Shown piece by piece: positions 18,351 to 25,864 of a DNA stretch of 64,000 bases. The DNA comes from an uncultured Candidatus Micrarchaeota archaeon. Its GTDB lineage: Archaea; Micrarchaeota; Micrarchaeia; Anstonellales; Bilamarchaeaceae. A program made the translations under genes and the position numbers. The stretch is from positions 41,720 to 105,719 of the forward strand of contig CAWBTT010000001.1 in assembly GCA_963791815.1 (NCBI GenBank), in the 5' to 3' direction. The notes below the pieces were generated by a model. It made no database searches. It saw only the letters and a list, made by a program, of their open reading frames with translations, and was not told the DNA's origin. The number at the start of each line of letters is the position of its first letter. The stretch's first letter is position 1.

Positions 18351-18436
18351 TGCAGGGGAAGAGATTCGAACTCTTGCACGGACTAACCGATTAGGCCCTC
18401 AACCTAACGCATTTGACCAGGCTCTGCCACCCCTGC
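18351..18436 (-). tRNA. tRNA-Leu (anticodon GAG)
   Basis: Manual cloverleaf: acceptor GCAGGGG/CCCCUGC, anticodon arm UUAGG-UUGAGGG-CCUAA, long variable arm (CGG..CCG), T arm AAGAG-UUCGAAU-CUCUU, discriminator A. 86 nt. Confidence 0.9.
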
Positions 18437-18472
18437 GTGTGAATGTTAATCCTGAGGAAATACCCCAGGACA

Positions 18473-18514
18473 GTGGCAGTTATTGAACTTTGTTCAATTG
18501 TCTGCCACCCCTGC
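18473..18514 (-). promoter_or_regulatory. 14-bp hairpin in the tRNA-Leu leader carrying a 14-nt copy of the tRNA 5' end
   Basis: GTGGCAG(18473-79)/CTGCCAC(18502-08) and ATTGAAC(18482-88)/GTTCAAT(18492-98). TCTGCCACCCCTGC at 18501-18514 is identical to 18423-18436 (tRNA positions 1-14 on the minus strand). Confidence 0.5.
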
Positions 18515-18519
18515 TAAGG

Positions 18520-18547
18520 AAAATAATTGCATGAGGAAGAATCCTCA
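18520..18547 (-). terminator. small hairpin plus T-run just after the rpoD stop
   Basis: TGAGGA(18532-37)/TCCTCA(18542-47) with a 4-nt loop, followed on the minus strand by TTATTTT. Confidence 0.3.
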
Positions 18548-18551
18548 TGAT

Positions 18552-19208
18552 TCACTCTTTCTTTTTAGTAGTTTTTTTAGTTGTTTTCTTGGTTGTCTTT
18601 TTCGCTGCTGCCTTCTTTTTTGGAGCTGCTTTCTTCTTCGGTTTGGTTCCAAGAGCCTCTTCGATTGCCTCAAGGTCGCCTTCAATCTGGTCGCATGCCC
18701 TCGTCATTACATCGGCAGGCGGCATCTGATAGAAACTCTCGACAAACATCCTGATATTCTTCTCATCTTCGCCATAGCCAACAAGGCCGGCCTGGAACTT
18801 CGCGTGCTTTCTTGCGGTTCCAAGAATGGCTTTGGCCTCAAAACGAATGTGCTGGTTCGGGCCAAGAGTCGCTATATGAATCTTGCCCTTTGCTATGTTG
18901 ATGTCTTTGTCAGAACTTTCCACATCAGAGGCATAGACCGTCTTTGGACCTTCAGCGTCACAGGAGAAAACTATCTCCGCACTCTCTGGAGTCTTGTCCG
19001 GCGTTGTGATTGGCAAAAGACCAAGCCTGTGCGCCAGATATTCATCCCAGAACGCGCTCGTGTTGTCATAGTAAACTACTGTGTCTATTGCCAAAACAGG
19101 AACTCGTGACATTGCGAACCTGCGCACAACATTGGCGAACGTGGTTGAGAAATCAGAGGCAAGGAACTCAATCCGGTTCTCGTGTTTCTTATCGAGTACA
19201 AGCTTCAT
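18552..19208 (-). CDS. rpoD: DNA-directed RNA polymerase subunit D (Rpo3) with Lys-rich C-terminal tail
   Basis: N-terminal [21 protein letters not shown]...[12 protein letters not shown] matches the Rpo3/alpha-like dimerisation domain. The C-terminus is [30 protein letters not shown]. Confidence 0.9.
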   Translation of the reverse strand: MKLVLDKKHENRIEFLASDFSTTFANVVRRFAMSRVPVLAIDTVVYYDNTSAFWDEYLAHRLGLLPITTPDKTPESAEIVFSCDAEGPKTVYASDVESSDKDINIAKGKIHIATLGPNQHIRFEAKAILGTARKHAKFQAGLVGYGEDEKNIRMFVESFYQMPPADVMTRACDQIEGDLEAIEEALGTKPKKKAAPKKKAAAKKTTKKTTKKTTKKKE

Positions 19209-19783
19209 ACTCTCCTTCCTCTTCTGCCGCCCTTTCTCTTCATGGAGTCTGTGGGCAGCGGAGTAACATCTTCAATCCTTCCGATTCTAACGCCAGTTCT
19301 TGCGATTGTCCTCACGACTGCCTGAGCACCTGGCCCGGGCGTCTTGAGTCCGACTCCTCCTGGAGCGCGGATTTTCACATGTACATGAGTAATCCCTTTG
19401 TCTTTGAGGGTGTTGACGACCCTGATTGCAGCCTGCATGGCAGCATATGGCCTTCCTTCTTCCCTGTGAGACTTCACGACCATTCCGCCGCTTGCCCATG
19501 CGAGGGTCTCGGCGCCGCTCAGGTCGGTTGCTGTGATTATTGTATCATTCTTTGATGAAAATACGTGGAGAACCGCGAGCCTTGTTTTCCTTGGCTTCCT
19601 TACAGGAACTGCCGCCTTTTCCGGCTCTTCCTTCTTCTCTTCAGCATTCTCCTCTTTAGGTGCTTCCTTTGGGGCTTCCTCTTTTGGAGCCTCCTTAGGC
19701 GCTTCTTTTGGAGCTTCTTTCTTTGGCTCTTCCTTCTTCGGCTCCTCCGCCTTTTTCTCTTCTTTCTTTTCTGCCATGAACAT
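19205..19783 (-). CDS. rps11: 30S ribosomal protein uS11 with about 60-aa K/E/A/P-rich N-terminal extension
   Basis: Core [19 protein letters not shown]...[14 protein letters not shown]...[19 protein letters not shown] overlap with rpoD. Confidence 0.9.
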   Translation of the reverse strand: MFMAEKKEEKKAEEPKKEEPKKEAPKEAPKEAPKEEAPKEAPKEENAEEKKEEPEKAAVPVRKPRKTRLAVLHVFSSKNDTIITATDLSGAETLAWASGGMVVKSHREEGRPYAAMQAAIRVVNTLKDKGITHVHVKIRAPGGVGLKTPGPGAQAVVRTIARTGVRIGRIEDVTPLPTDSMKRKGGRRGRRV

Positions 19784-19787
19784 TCAC

Positions 19788-20408
19788 CTATGCTGCCTCA
19801 GGCTTTTTTTCTGCCTTCTTCTCTACAGGCTGCTCCGGAGGTTTTTCCGGCGCGGGAGCTTCTGCCTTTGGAGCTTCTTTCTTCTCCTCTTTTGGAGCCT
19901 CTTCTTCATCCCCTTCAGAATGAACTGAAATGTCAATAGGCTTTGTGTATATGATTGATGATTCATCTTCAAGATTTACCATCACGCCGGGGCGTGTTAC
20001 TCTCCTCCCGTTCATGCTGACAAAACCGTGTGTGATGAGCTGCCTTGACTGTTTCATTGTTCTTGCCAAGCCTTTTCTCTGGACGATTGTCTGAAGTCTT
20101 CTCTCAAGGATTACTTTGACATCCAAACCAAGAATGTCAGCGACATCTGTGCTGTCTTTCACAAAGCCCATCCTCTTAAGCTTCTTCAGGATTTTCTCTG
20201 AGTCTGCCTTTCTTTCTTCTTCAGAGACTGCCTGAAGGCGTCTGGCCTCTCTCCTATACTTCTTAAGAGCGGCTGCTGCCCTCCAGAGTTCGCTTGTGTT
20301 TTTCAGGCCATATTCTATTCTCAGGCCCTTATCATGCGCAACTCTGTCCACATCCCACAGTTTCTTGGGACGGTCGAATTTATTTCTAAGTCTTCTTGGA
20401 TCGCCCAT
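19788..20408 (-). CDS. rps4: 30S ribosomal protein uS4 with about 45-aa acidic/Lys-rich C-terminal extension
   Basis: N-terminal MGDPRRLRNKFDRPKKLWD and an S4 RNA-binding domain (RRLQTIVQRKGLARTMKQSRQLITHGFVSMNGRRV). Confidence 0.9.
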   Translation of the reverse strand: MGDPRRLRNKFDRPKKLWDVDRVAHDKGLRIEYGLKNTSELWRAAAALKKYRREARRLQAVSEEERKADSEKILKKLKRMGFVKDSTDVADILGLDVKVILERRLQTIVQRKGLARTMKQSRQLITHGFVSMNGRRVTRPGVMVNLEDESSIIYTKPIDISVHSEGDEEEAPKEEKKEAPKAEAPAPEKPPEQPVEKKAEKKPEAA

Positions 20409-20412
20409 TCAA

Positions 20413-20994
20413 TCACTTCTTCTTTTCCGCTGCCGGCTTTGCGCCTGTCGCGGCCGCTACAGATTTCCTGATAACACCGACTGCCATTCCGTGCCTTCCA
20501 GTGTTCTTGGTTCTCTGTCCTCTTGTCTTCTGGCCAAATGTGTGCCTGAATCCTCTCCATGAGAACATCTTCTTTTCTCTGTCAACGTCTTGGCTGACCT
20601 CGAAAATAAGGTCGTTCATGATTACGTGCCTATCGTTTCCGCTTGTATGGTCAGTGTTTCTGTTGAGCAGGAATTTTGGAACATCATATTTCTCGAGGCT
20701 GAAAAGGAGATTGTCTATGTCTTCAACCTGCTTCTCGGTCAGGTCACCAGACCTTGTCTCAGGCTTGATTTTGAGTTCCCTCTCAATTGCCTTTGCCGCG
20801 ATTGCCGCGACTGTATGTCCGATTCCTCTGACGTGGAAAAGAGCCCTCCTAAGTGGGACCTGACCCTTGACATCCTTGCCTGCGATACGGACAATTCCCC
20901 TGAAGCTTTCTTTCTCGTCTGCCTTAGGTGCCTCCCTCTTGGCTGGAGGTTTCTTTTTTGGTGCTTCTTTTTCTTTCTTTACTTTCTTTGCCAT
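20413..20994 (-). CDS. rps13: 30S ribosomal protein uS13 with about 30-aa Lys-rich N-terminal extension
   Basis: Core FRGIVRIAGKDVKGQVPLRRALFHVRGIGHTVA...WRGFRHTFGQKTRGQRTKNTGR. Confidence 0.9.
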   Translation of the reverse strand: MAKKVKKEKEAPKKKPPAKREAPKADEKESFRGIVRIAGKDVKGQVPLRRALFHVRGIGHTVAAIAAKAIERELKIKPETRSGDLTEKQVEDIDNLLFSLEKYDVPKFLLNRNTDHTSGNDRHVIMNDLIFEVSQDVDREKKMFSWRGFRHTFGQKTRGQRTKNTGRHGMAVGVIRKSVAAATGAKPAAEKKK

Positions 20995-20996
20995 GA

Positions 20997-21254
20997 TTAT
21001 ACCCTCTCTACTGAATCTACCTCAACATTGCTTACTTTGTCTATTTCTTTGATTTTGGCCTCGAGATTGTCCATGACGCCCTCGGAGTCAGAAACTAAAA
21101 GTGACATTTTCAGAACCTTGATGCCAAAGCCAATGTCCTCTTCCCAGGATTTCTGCACCTTCGCAAGTTTGGCAACCTCATCGGTAACCGTGGGGATTGA
21201 GGCGGGATCCTCGACGTAAATTTTTATTTGTGCAATAACATTCAATTCTTCCAT
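20997..21254 (-). CDS. ef1b: elongation factor 1-beta (aEF-1beta)
   Basis: 85 aa. The pattern VIAQIKIYVEDP...IGFGIKVLKMSLLVSDSEG...VSNVEVDSVERV matches the archaeal EF-1beta fold family. Confidence 0.85.
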   Translation of the reverse strand: MEELNVIAQIKIYVEDPASIPTVTDEVAKLAKVQKSWEEDIGFGIKVLKMSLLVSDSEGVMDNLEAKIKEIDKVSNVEVDSVERV

Positions 21255-21399
21255 AAATACACCTTATTTAAGAGCCCCGATACTATTGTGTCTGATATAA
21301 CACTAGAATTACCGAGAAAAGGCAGAGATTAATTTAAAAGGTATAGTTATTTAAATATGTTCCTAAAGATGGCTTTCTGGTCTAGAACTACTTACTAAT

Positions 21400-21473
21400 G
21401 CCCCCGTGGTATAGCTTGGACAGAATGCAAGCTTGCGGAGCTTGAGACCTGGGTTCGAATCCCAGCGGGGGCG
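21400..21473 (+). tRNA. tRNA-Arg (anticodon GCG)
   Basis: Acceptor GCCCCCG/CGGGGGC, anticodon arm CAAGC-UUGCGGA-GCUUG, T arm CUGGG-UUCGAAU-CCCAG. The D-stem is weak (GUAU/GAAU), which lowers confidence slightly. Confidence 0.8.
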
Positions 21474-21477
21474 ATTA

Positions 21478-22323
21478 TTATATAGTGCTCAAAATGAGAC
21501 AGTTATCTCTTTTTCCATCGCCTATGTCTTTGAATATTTCCAATCCTTCCGGCGTGAGCCTCCCGATATCGAGCCCTTCCCCGATTGTGAATGGGCAGCC
21601 AAAGACAGTGTTATCCGGAGTTATGGCAAATAATGTCCTTCCGGCCGGGCAGAAAAGGTTCTCCTGGGCCAGCCTCTCCCCTTTTCCTCCGGGCCTGGGG
21701 CTGAATCCGGCAGCGAGATTCATCCTGAACTCATCCTCCTGATAATACGCCCTCACACCCCTGAGCAGCTTGAAGAAGGATGATTCTTGCTCCGCGTCCA
21801 TCACCATGGATGGGTCAAGGGAAGCTTTGCCTATCTTGGAATAGCGGAAGAAGCGGACCCTGTGCGCGCCCAAAGCCTTAGCCTTCCGACAAAGCTCCGG
21901 GAGCCCCTGGTAGTTGAGCGCGGTTATCAGTATGGAAAGGCAGACCTTCAGCCCCCCGCTGAGCACATTGCCTATCGCTGCCTCGATGGCAGAATCAGGA
22001 ATCGACCGGTTGCCCTCATCGAAATTATGGCTGATTATTACCTCTGATATGCCTTTCCCCTTCAAGGCCAGGACAATATCGGGCTCCCGGGCGGGGATTA
22101 TCCCGTTTGTGAGTATGTAATCCTGCCCCGCTTCCTTGTAGCAGTCGAGATAGCGCAGGTCCAGGAGGTTCTCGCTGCCTGAGAATGTCACCCTGAATCC
22201 CTGTGACATCAGCCTCCGCGTTGTCTCAAGCGCCTCTTTCGAATCCCTGGCTCCTTTATATGGTATATAGCAATAGCCGCATCTCGCGTTGCATTTGGAA
22301 TTCAGCATCAGCACTACTTGCAT
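21478..22323 (-). CDS. radical SAM protein with C-terminal SPASM/twitch-like Cys motif (rSAM-1)
   Basis: CNARCGYC (CxxxCxxC) begins at residue 11. C-terminal FCPAGRTLFAITPDNTVFGCP resembles an auxiliary-cluster motif. The stop lies 4 nt from the tRNA-Arg 3' end. Confidence 0.8.
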   Translation of the reverse strand: MQVVLMLNSKCNARCGYCYIPYKGARDSKEALETTRRLMSQGFRVTFSGSENLLDLRYLDCYKEAGQDYILTNGIIPAREPDIVLALKGKGISEVIISHNFDEGNRSIPDSAIEAAIGNVLSGGLKVCLSILITALNYQGLPELCRKAKALGAHRVRFFRYSKIGKASLDPSMVMDAEQESSFFKLLRGVRAYYQEDEFRMNLAAGFSPRPGGKGERLAQENLFCPAGRTLFAITPDNTVFGCPFTIGEGLDIGRLTPEGLEIFKDIGDGKRDNCLILSTI

Positions 22324-22342
22324 GTCCTTGAATCTGGAGAAT

Positions 22343-22420
22343 TCAGAGCCAAAGGCCGCGGACCAAAGGGGCGGGGCTGGCCCTTTTGCTGTGCATCAAT
22401 CCAATTCTCTTTCGGTCCAT
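22343..22420 (-). CDS. 25-codon mini-ORF (MDRKRIGLMHSKRASPAPLVRGLWL) between the DUF2156 and rSAM-1 genes
   Basis: The ATG at 22420 is preceded by GAGGTGA (22426-22432) at 5-nt spacing, the same SD used by other operon-internal genes here. It is below the 60-aa cutoff of the ORF track. Confidence 0.25.
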   Translation of the reverse strand: MDRKRIGLMHSKRASPAPLVRGLWL

Positions 22421-22459
22421 GGCAATCACCTCGATTATGGGATTTCGGGGTTTTCCACT

Positions 22460-23455
22460 TTATATGAATATGTAACAAATTCCAGCGTGAGGGCTTAGGC
22501 TCATTTTTCCGGATTTTTTCCACAATCCCGAGAAACCAGTCGGGTGAAACAGAAGAAAAATCAGATAAAGGTCGGCAATCCATACTTTTTTTGAGCAATA
22601 TGCGAATCTTGGCTCCCACCTGGGATTGAATTTTGATTTAAACCTGAATTGATTCTTTGCCGGGTACAGAGTATTGCCATGGACATACAACAAGTCCAGT
22701 AATAGGTTAAAATGACTGCCTCTGTGACCGTTGGAATTAATACCTGGGACAAAACCAAACGAAATTTCCATTACCCCACAATCCCCCAGAATCTCGCAGA
22801 CTTTTGAGATTAATAATTCAGACGCTCCGTTTGGGCTTTTCTTTCTGGTCCTTATTATATCCAGATATGCGATGTGTTCGTCGATACAATAAACGGATAT
22901 GTATCCAAGAATCTCTGGCCCTTTTTTGGCTGCGAATACCCTGCAGTTGCGTGAATCCAGATTGTTATTGACTATAAAATGTATGAAATCAGTATTCTTT
23001 TCAGATATCCATTCTTCATCTATCCCCCTAAGTAAATGCCATTGGCTGCGCTCAAGTTCAAACACTTCTATGCCCCTGCGGTTGGCTGATCTTGAGGCGC
23101 GCTTTATTTTGTCGCAACCAGATAGGGGGATTGTGATTATCGAGTCATCTCCGATGTGATATTTCCCATAGTGGGCGAATATGCCTTCGGTATCCTGCTT
23201 AGTACAGAAAAATATGGGCCGGAGGTTTTCCTCATCACAAAAGTTTTCGAAATGCTTCAGGATACTGCCTTTTTTTTCCATACTGCATATTGGTTCGCCC
23301 AATACAACTGCAAGGTTTTGAATCCTTGAATATGCGATGAACCCTCCGGGAGCATGAAACTTTTCCTTATCTTCTGAGAGAACCAAGTGGGATACTGGAT
23401 TGTTTATATGTTTTTTCAGCAAATCATATTCAATATCGATTGAATGTGAAGCCAT
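22460..23455 (-). CDS. stand-alone DUF2156 / MprF C-terminal-like aminoacyl-tRNA-dependent transferase domain protein
   Basis: C-terminal LYPAKNQFRFKSKFNPRWEPRFAY matches the (F)K.KFNP.WEPRY signature of LPG_synthase_C. No TM flippase domain. Start set at the ATG at 23455 (MASHS...). Confidence 0.7.
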   Translation of the reverse strand: MASHSIDIEYDLLKKHINNPVSHLVLSEDKEKFHAPGGFIAYSRIQNLAVVLGEPICSMEKKGSILKHFENFCDEENLRPIFFCTKQDTEGIFAHYGKYHIGDDSIITIPLSGCDKIKRASRSANRRGIEVFELERSQWHLLRGIDEEWISEKNTDFIHFIVNNNLDSRNCRVFAAKKGPEILGYISVYCIDEHIAYLDIIRTRKKSPNGASELLISKVCEILGDCGVMEISFGFVPGINSNGHRGSHFNLLLDLLYVHGNTLYPAKNQFRFKSKFNPRWEPRFAYCSKKVWIADLYLIFLLFHPTGFSGLWKKSGKMSLSPHAGICYIFI

Positions 23456-23479
23456 GGGAATATATTCTAAAGTAAAAAA

Positions 23480-23488
23480 TTTATATAA
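23480..23488. promoter_or_regulatory. shared near-palindromic TATA box of a divergent leaderless gene pair
   Basis: TTTATATAA is centred at 23484, 29 nt from the minus-strand ATG (23455) and 30 nt from the plus-strand ATG (23514). Confidence 0.35.
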
Positions 23489-23513
23489 CATTTACTCGGC
23501 AGATTGCCCGAAC

Positions 23514-24512
23514 ATGGTAATTTGGGCAATGACCAACAAATGCAACTTATCCTGCAGGGGGTGCTCTTTTTCGAAATTGAAACAAAAGGCAGAGGTGGGC
23601 TTGGAGGATATCGACATTGCCATAGATTTTTTCAAGGACAATAATGTGAAGATGGTGGCTTTGACTGGCGGCGAACCCCTAATGTTACCGCATTTGAAGG
23701 ATTTGGTTGAGAAGCTCAGGATGAACAATATAGTAATCGCATATATCGCGACCAATGGCACCTTGGTTGATGATGAGAAGGCGAAAATACTTGCCCAGGC
23801 AAACATCACTGGGCTTTCTGTGAACCTTGATTATTTCCTGAGCGAAGGCAGTCCGAGGGCGGCTGAAGGGGAGAGAATCAGAAACGTTGTGTCGGCATTG
23901 AAAAGGAACTCTGTCAATTTCTATGGCGGAGTCATCATTTCAAAAATAACAAAGGATATTGAAAAAACCTGCAACGAGATGAGGTCGCTGGGTATTGAAA
24001 AAATCTCATTCTCATACCCGCAAATGAAACAGATATCATATATGGCCGCCTCGGAGGACCCGCTTCTCGACTTGTCCGGAGATGAGGTTGTAAAGGTGGT
24101 TGAGGAGATAAAGGCCATAAAGAAGAGGATTCCGGTTTATAACACGGATGAGTCTTTGGATGAGTTCGCAAGGTATTATGGGGGCAGGGGATTCTGCTAC
24201 TCTTGCATGGGAGGAAGAAGGATTTTCTACCTTGACTGGAATCTGGACCTTTACCCATGCTTCAATAAGAAAAAAATTGGCAACCTAAATGAAGTGAACA
24301 AGCTCCCATCCTGCGAAGCCTCATGCAAAAAGTGCTCCCAGCACGCATTCAAAGACCCCAGCATTTTTTACCATGCAATTGAGGGCTTATACTTGATTAA
24401 GAGAGACATCTTTTCTGGAGACATATCAGCCGCCTATGAGACCCTCAAATCAGAACAAATGAGGGGTTCAGCAAAATCGCTTTTTGAGATAGCAAGAGGG
24501 CCATTCATCTGA
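23514..24512 (+). CDS. radical SAM protein with SPASM/twitch-like C-terminal domain (rSAM-2)
   Basis: CNLSCRGC near the N-terminus, GGEPLM SAM-binding motif, and C-terminal FCYSCMGGRRIFYLDWNLDLYPC...CEASCKKC. Start set at the ATG at 23514 (the alternative is 23454). Confidence 0.8.
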   Translation: MVIWAMTNKCNLSCRGCSFSKLKQKAEVGLEDIDIAIDFFKDNNVKMVALTGGEPLMLPHLKDLVEKLRMNNIVIAYIATNGTLVDDEKAKILAQANITGLSVNLDYFLSEGSPRAAEGERIRNVVSALKRNSVNFYGGVIISKITKDIEKTCNEMRSLGIEKISFSYPQMKQISYMAASEDPLLDLSGDEVVKVVEEIKAIKKRIPVYNTDESLDEFARYYGGRGFCYSCMGGRRIFYLDWNLDLYPCFNKKKIGNLNEVNKLPSCEASCKKCSQHAFKDPSIFYHAIEGLYLIKRDIFSGDISAAYETLKSEQMRGSAKSLFEIARGPFI

Positions 24513-25236
24513 TGATGTCGCTATAATCGCCAGGCTCAGGATATTTGCCAAGAAAAATCATCAAATCAGTCAGCAACCAAAATTTTAATGTGTTGAAATA
24601 ACCAAGCTTTTCGAATCTTCTATTTGAAAGTTTCACCCTCATCCCCCAGTTGAAATTTAATCGGTGGTAATACGGGGCCAGCCTCTTTGAGTATTCAATG
24701 TCCTCACACAGTATGCTGCGGTACATTCCAGTATTGAAGAAAAACTGTCTTTTGATGGCGATATTATTTCCGGAAAAATACCAGAAGCCAAGATGTTTTG
24801 TTATCAGGTTTGAATAGAATATCGAACTTGACAGCAAATCAGACAATAGATTGCCATAATGAGTAGGGCCGCCAACTGCCAGAGCGCCCCCATTGAATGA
24901 AGTGGACAGTTTTGTGAGCCAACCCGGACATGGTATTGAATCAGCATCAAGGAAGGCAAGTATTTCACCGGAGGATTTCATGGCGCCGAAATTCCTAGCG
25001 TCCCCGATACCGCTCCTTTTTCTCTTATACACTCTACAACCATGTTTTTTTGCGATTTCAATCGTCCGGTCCTTGGAATTCCCATCAACTATGAGAATCT
25101 CATAATCGGAGAAATCCGATGACTTCAATGCCAAGAGGCATGCCGAGAGGTTCTCCTCCTCGTTATACGTTGGTATGATAACGGATATTTGAACATTTTT
25201 TGTTGGGATTGAAACACCATTATTTTTCTTTGTCAA
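24505..25236 (-). CDS. family 2 glycosyltransferase, last gene of the crt operon
   Basis: ISVIIPTYNEEENL, ILIVDGNSKD and FLDADS (DxD) motifs. 4-nt overlap with crtYd. Confidence 0.85.
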   Translation of the reverse strand: MTKKNNGVSIPTKNVQISVIIPTYNEEENLSACLLALKSSDFSDYEILIVDGNSKDRTIEIAKKHGCRVYKRKRSGIGDARNFGAMKSSGEILAFLDADSIPCPGWLTKLSTSFNGGALAVGGPTHYGNLLSDLLSSSIFYSNLITKHLGFWYFSGNNIAIKRQFFFNTGMYRSILCEDIEYSKRLAPYYHRLNFNWGMRVKLSNRRFEKLGYFNTLKFWLLTDLMIFLGKYPEPGDYSDIIR

Positions 25237-25541
25237 AGTTTTTTATTTCGGAGCTGCCCCTTATTTTTCTTAACACTTTCCCATGAGGCTATTGTAGCAA
25301 TCGCAAGACTCGCCCCAAAGAGAAGATTTTCCAGCGGGATTATTGGCACGGCAATGCCAAGGGTTTTGCTGAAATCAAATGACCAGAGGCCAAGCAAAGT
25401 CATGTAATTGTCGAATATAAGCTGGAAGAAGACCGATATTGCTACTGCTATGAGCAGGTGCTTTGAGGAGAGCTTGACAACCGCGATGGCGTAATACAGG
25501 GAAGCTAGCAGGACCACTATTGATATTATTGTATATTCCAT
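25233..25541 (-). CDS. crtYd: lycopene cyclase domain protein (heterodimeric type, subunit d)
   Basis: Trimmed to the ATG at 25541. 102 aa, 3 TM helices, PLENLLF (PxE[ED]-type) motif. Confidence 0.8.
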   Translation of the reverse strand: MEYTIISIVVLLASLYYAIAVVKLSSKHLLIAVAISVFFQLIFDNYMTLLGLWSFDFSKTLGIAVPIIPLENLLFGASLAIATIASWESVKKNKGQLRNKKL

Positions 25542-25546
25542 GGCAA

Positions 25547-25864
25547 TCACTTCACGTATTTCTTCACAGCCTCCCAGACAATTATGTAGAAGAAAGGTAT
25601 CACTATGAAGAAAGCCAGCTCCTCCACGGGCTGGTTCACTATCACTATTCCGAGCATCTTGTCTAAACCAAAGGACCAGTGGCCAAGCTCTGTTGCCGCG
25701 ATGTCCCAAATCACGAATATTATCAATACGGGAAATATTGCCCTGAGGGCAAGCTTGTAGTCCAGCCTGATTTTCCCCACATAAGATATAAGCGCTGTCG
25801 AAAGGAGAACAAGAATCAGATATATGAGATAGAAAAATTCATCCAAATCAAACACCAAAATCAT
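25547..25864 (-). CDS. crtYc: lycopene cyclase domain protein (heterodimeric type, subunit c)
   Basis: 105 aa, 3 TM helices, PVEELAFF motif and WDIAAT..GHWSF. Confidence 0.8.
   Translation of the reverse strand: MILVFDLDEFFYLIYLILVLLSTALISYVGKIRLDYKLALRAIFPVLIIFVIWDIAATELGHWSFGLDKMLGIVIVNQPVEELAFFIVIPFFYIIVWEAVKKYVK

Noticed and set aside
18483-19109. 208-aa plus-strand ORF, and the nested 60-aa ORF at 18547-18729, opposite rpoD
   Set aside because: These are antisense to a well-supported Rpo3 gene. The composition (Phe/Cys/Leu runs) reflects the mirrored Lys-rich tail. The ORF also starts inside the tRNA-Leu leader hairpin.
19533-19939. Two long plus-strand ORFs (131 and 124 aa, Phe/Leu/Ser-rich) opposite the uS11/uS4 genes
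   Set aside because: They are the antisense reading of the K/E/A/P-rich low-complexity coding repeats (AAG/GAA mirrors to CTT/TTC). The minus-strand products are unmistakable ribosomal proteins.
23400-23491. Longest-ORF starts for rSAM-2 (TTG at 23400, ATG at 23454) and the DUF2156 gene (23491), which would make the divergent genes overlap head-to-head
   Set aside because: The overlap would bury both promoters. Internal ATGs at 23514 and 23455 flank a TATA box at ideal distance. The 23454 start for rSAM-2 cannot be fully excluded.
25542-25709. N-terminal 56 aa of the 158-aa maximal ORF for crtYd (MGHRGNRAWPLVLWFRQDARNSD...)
   Set aside because: This part overlaps crtYc in another frame and has non-protein-like composition. 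The ATG at 25541 yields a 102-aa, 3-TM cyclase-domain protein matching its partner in size.
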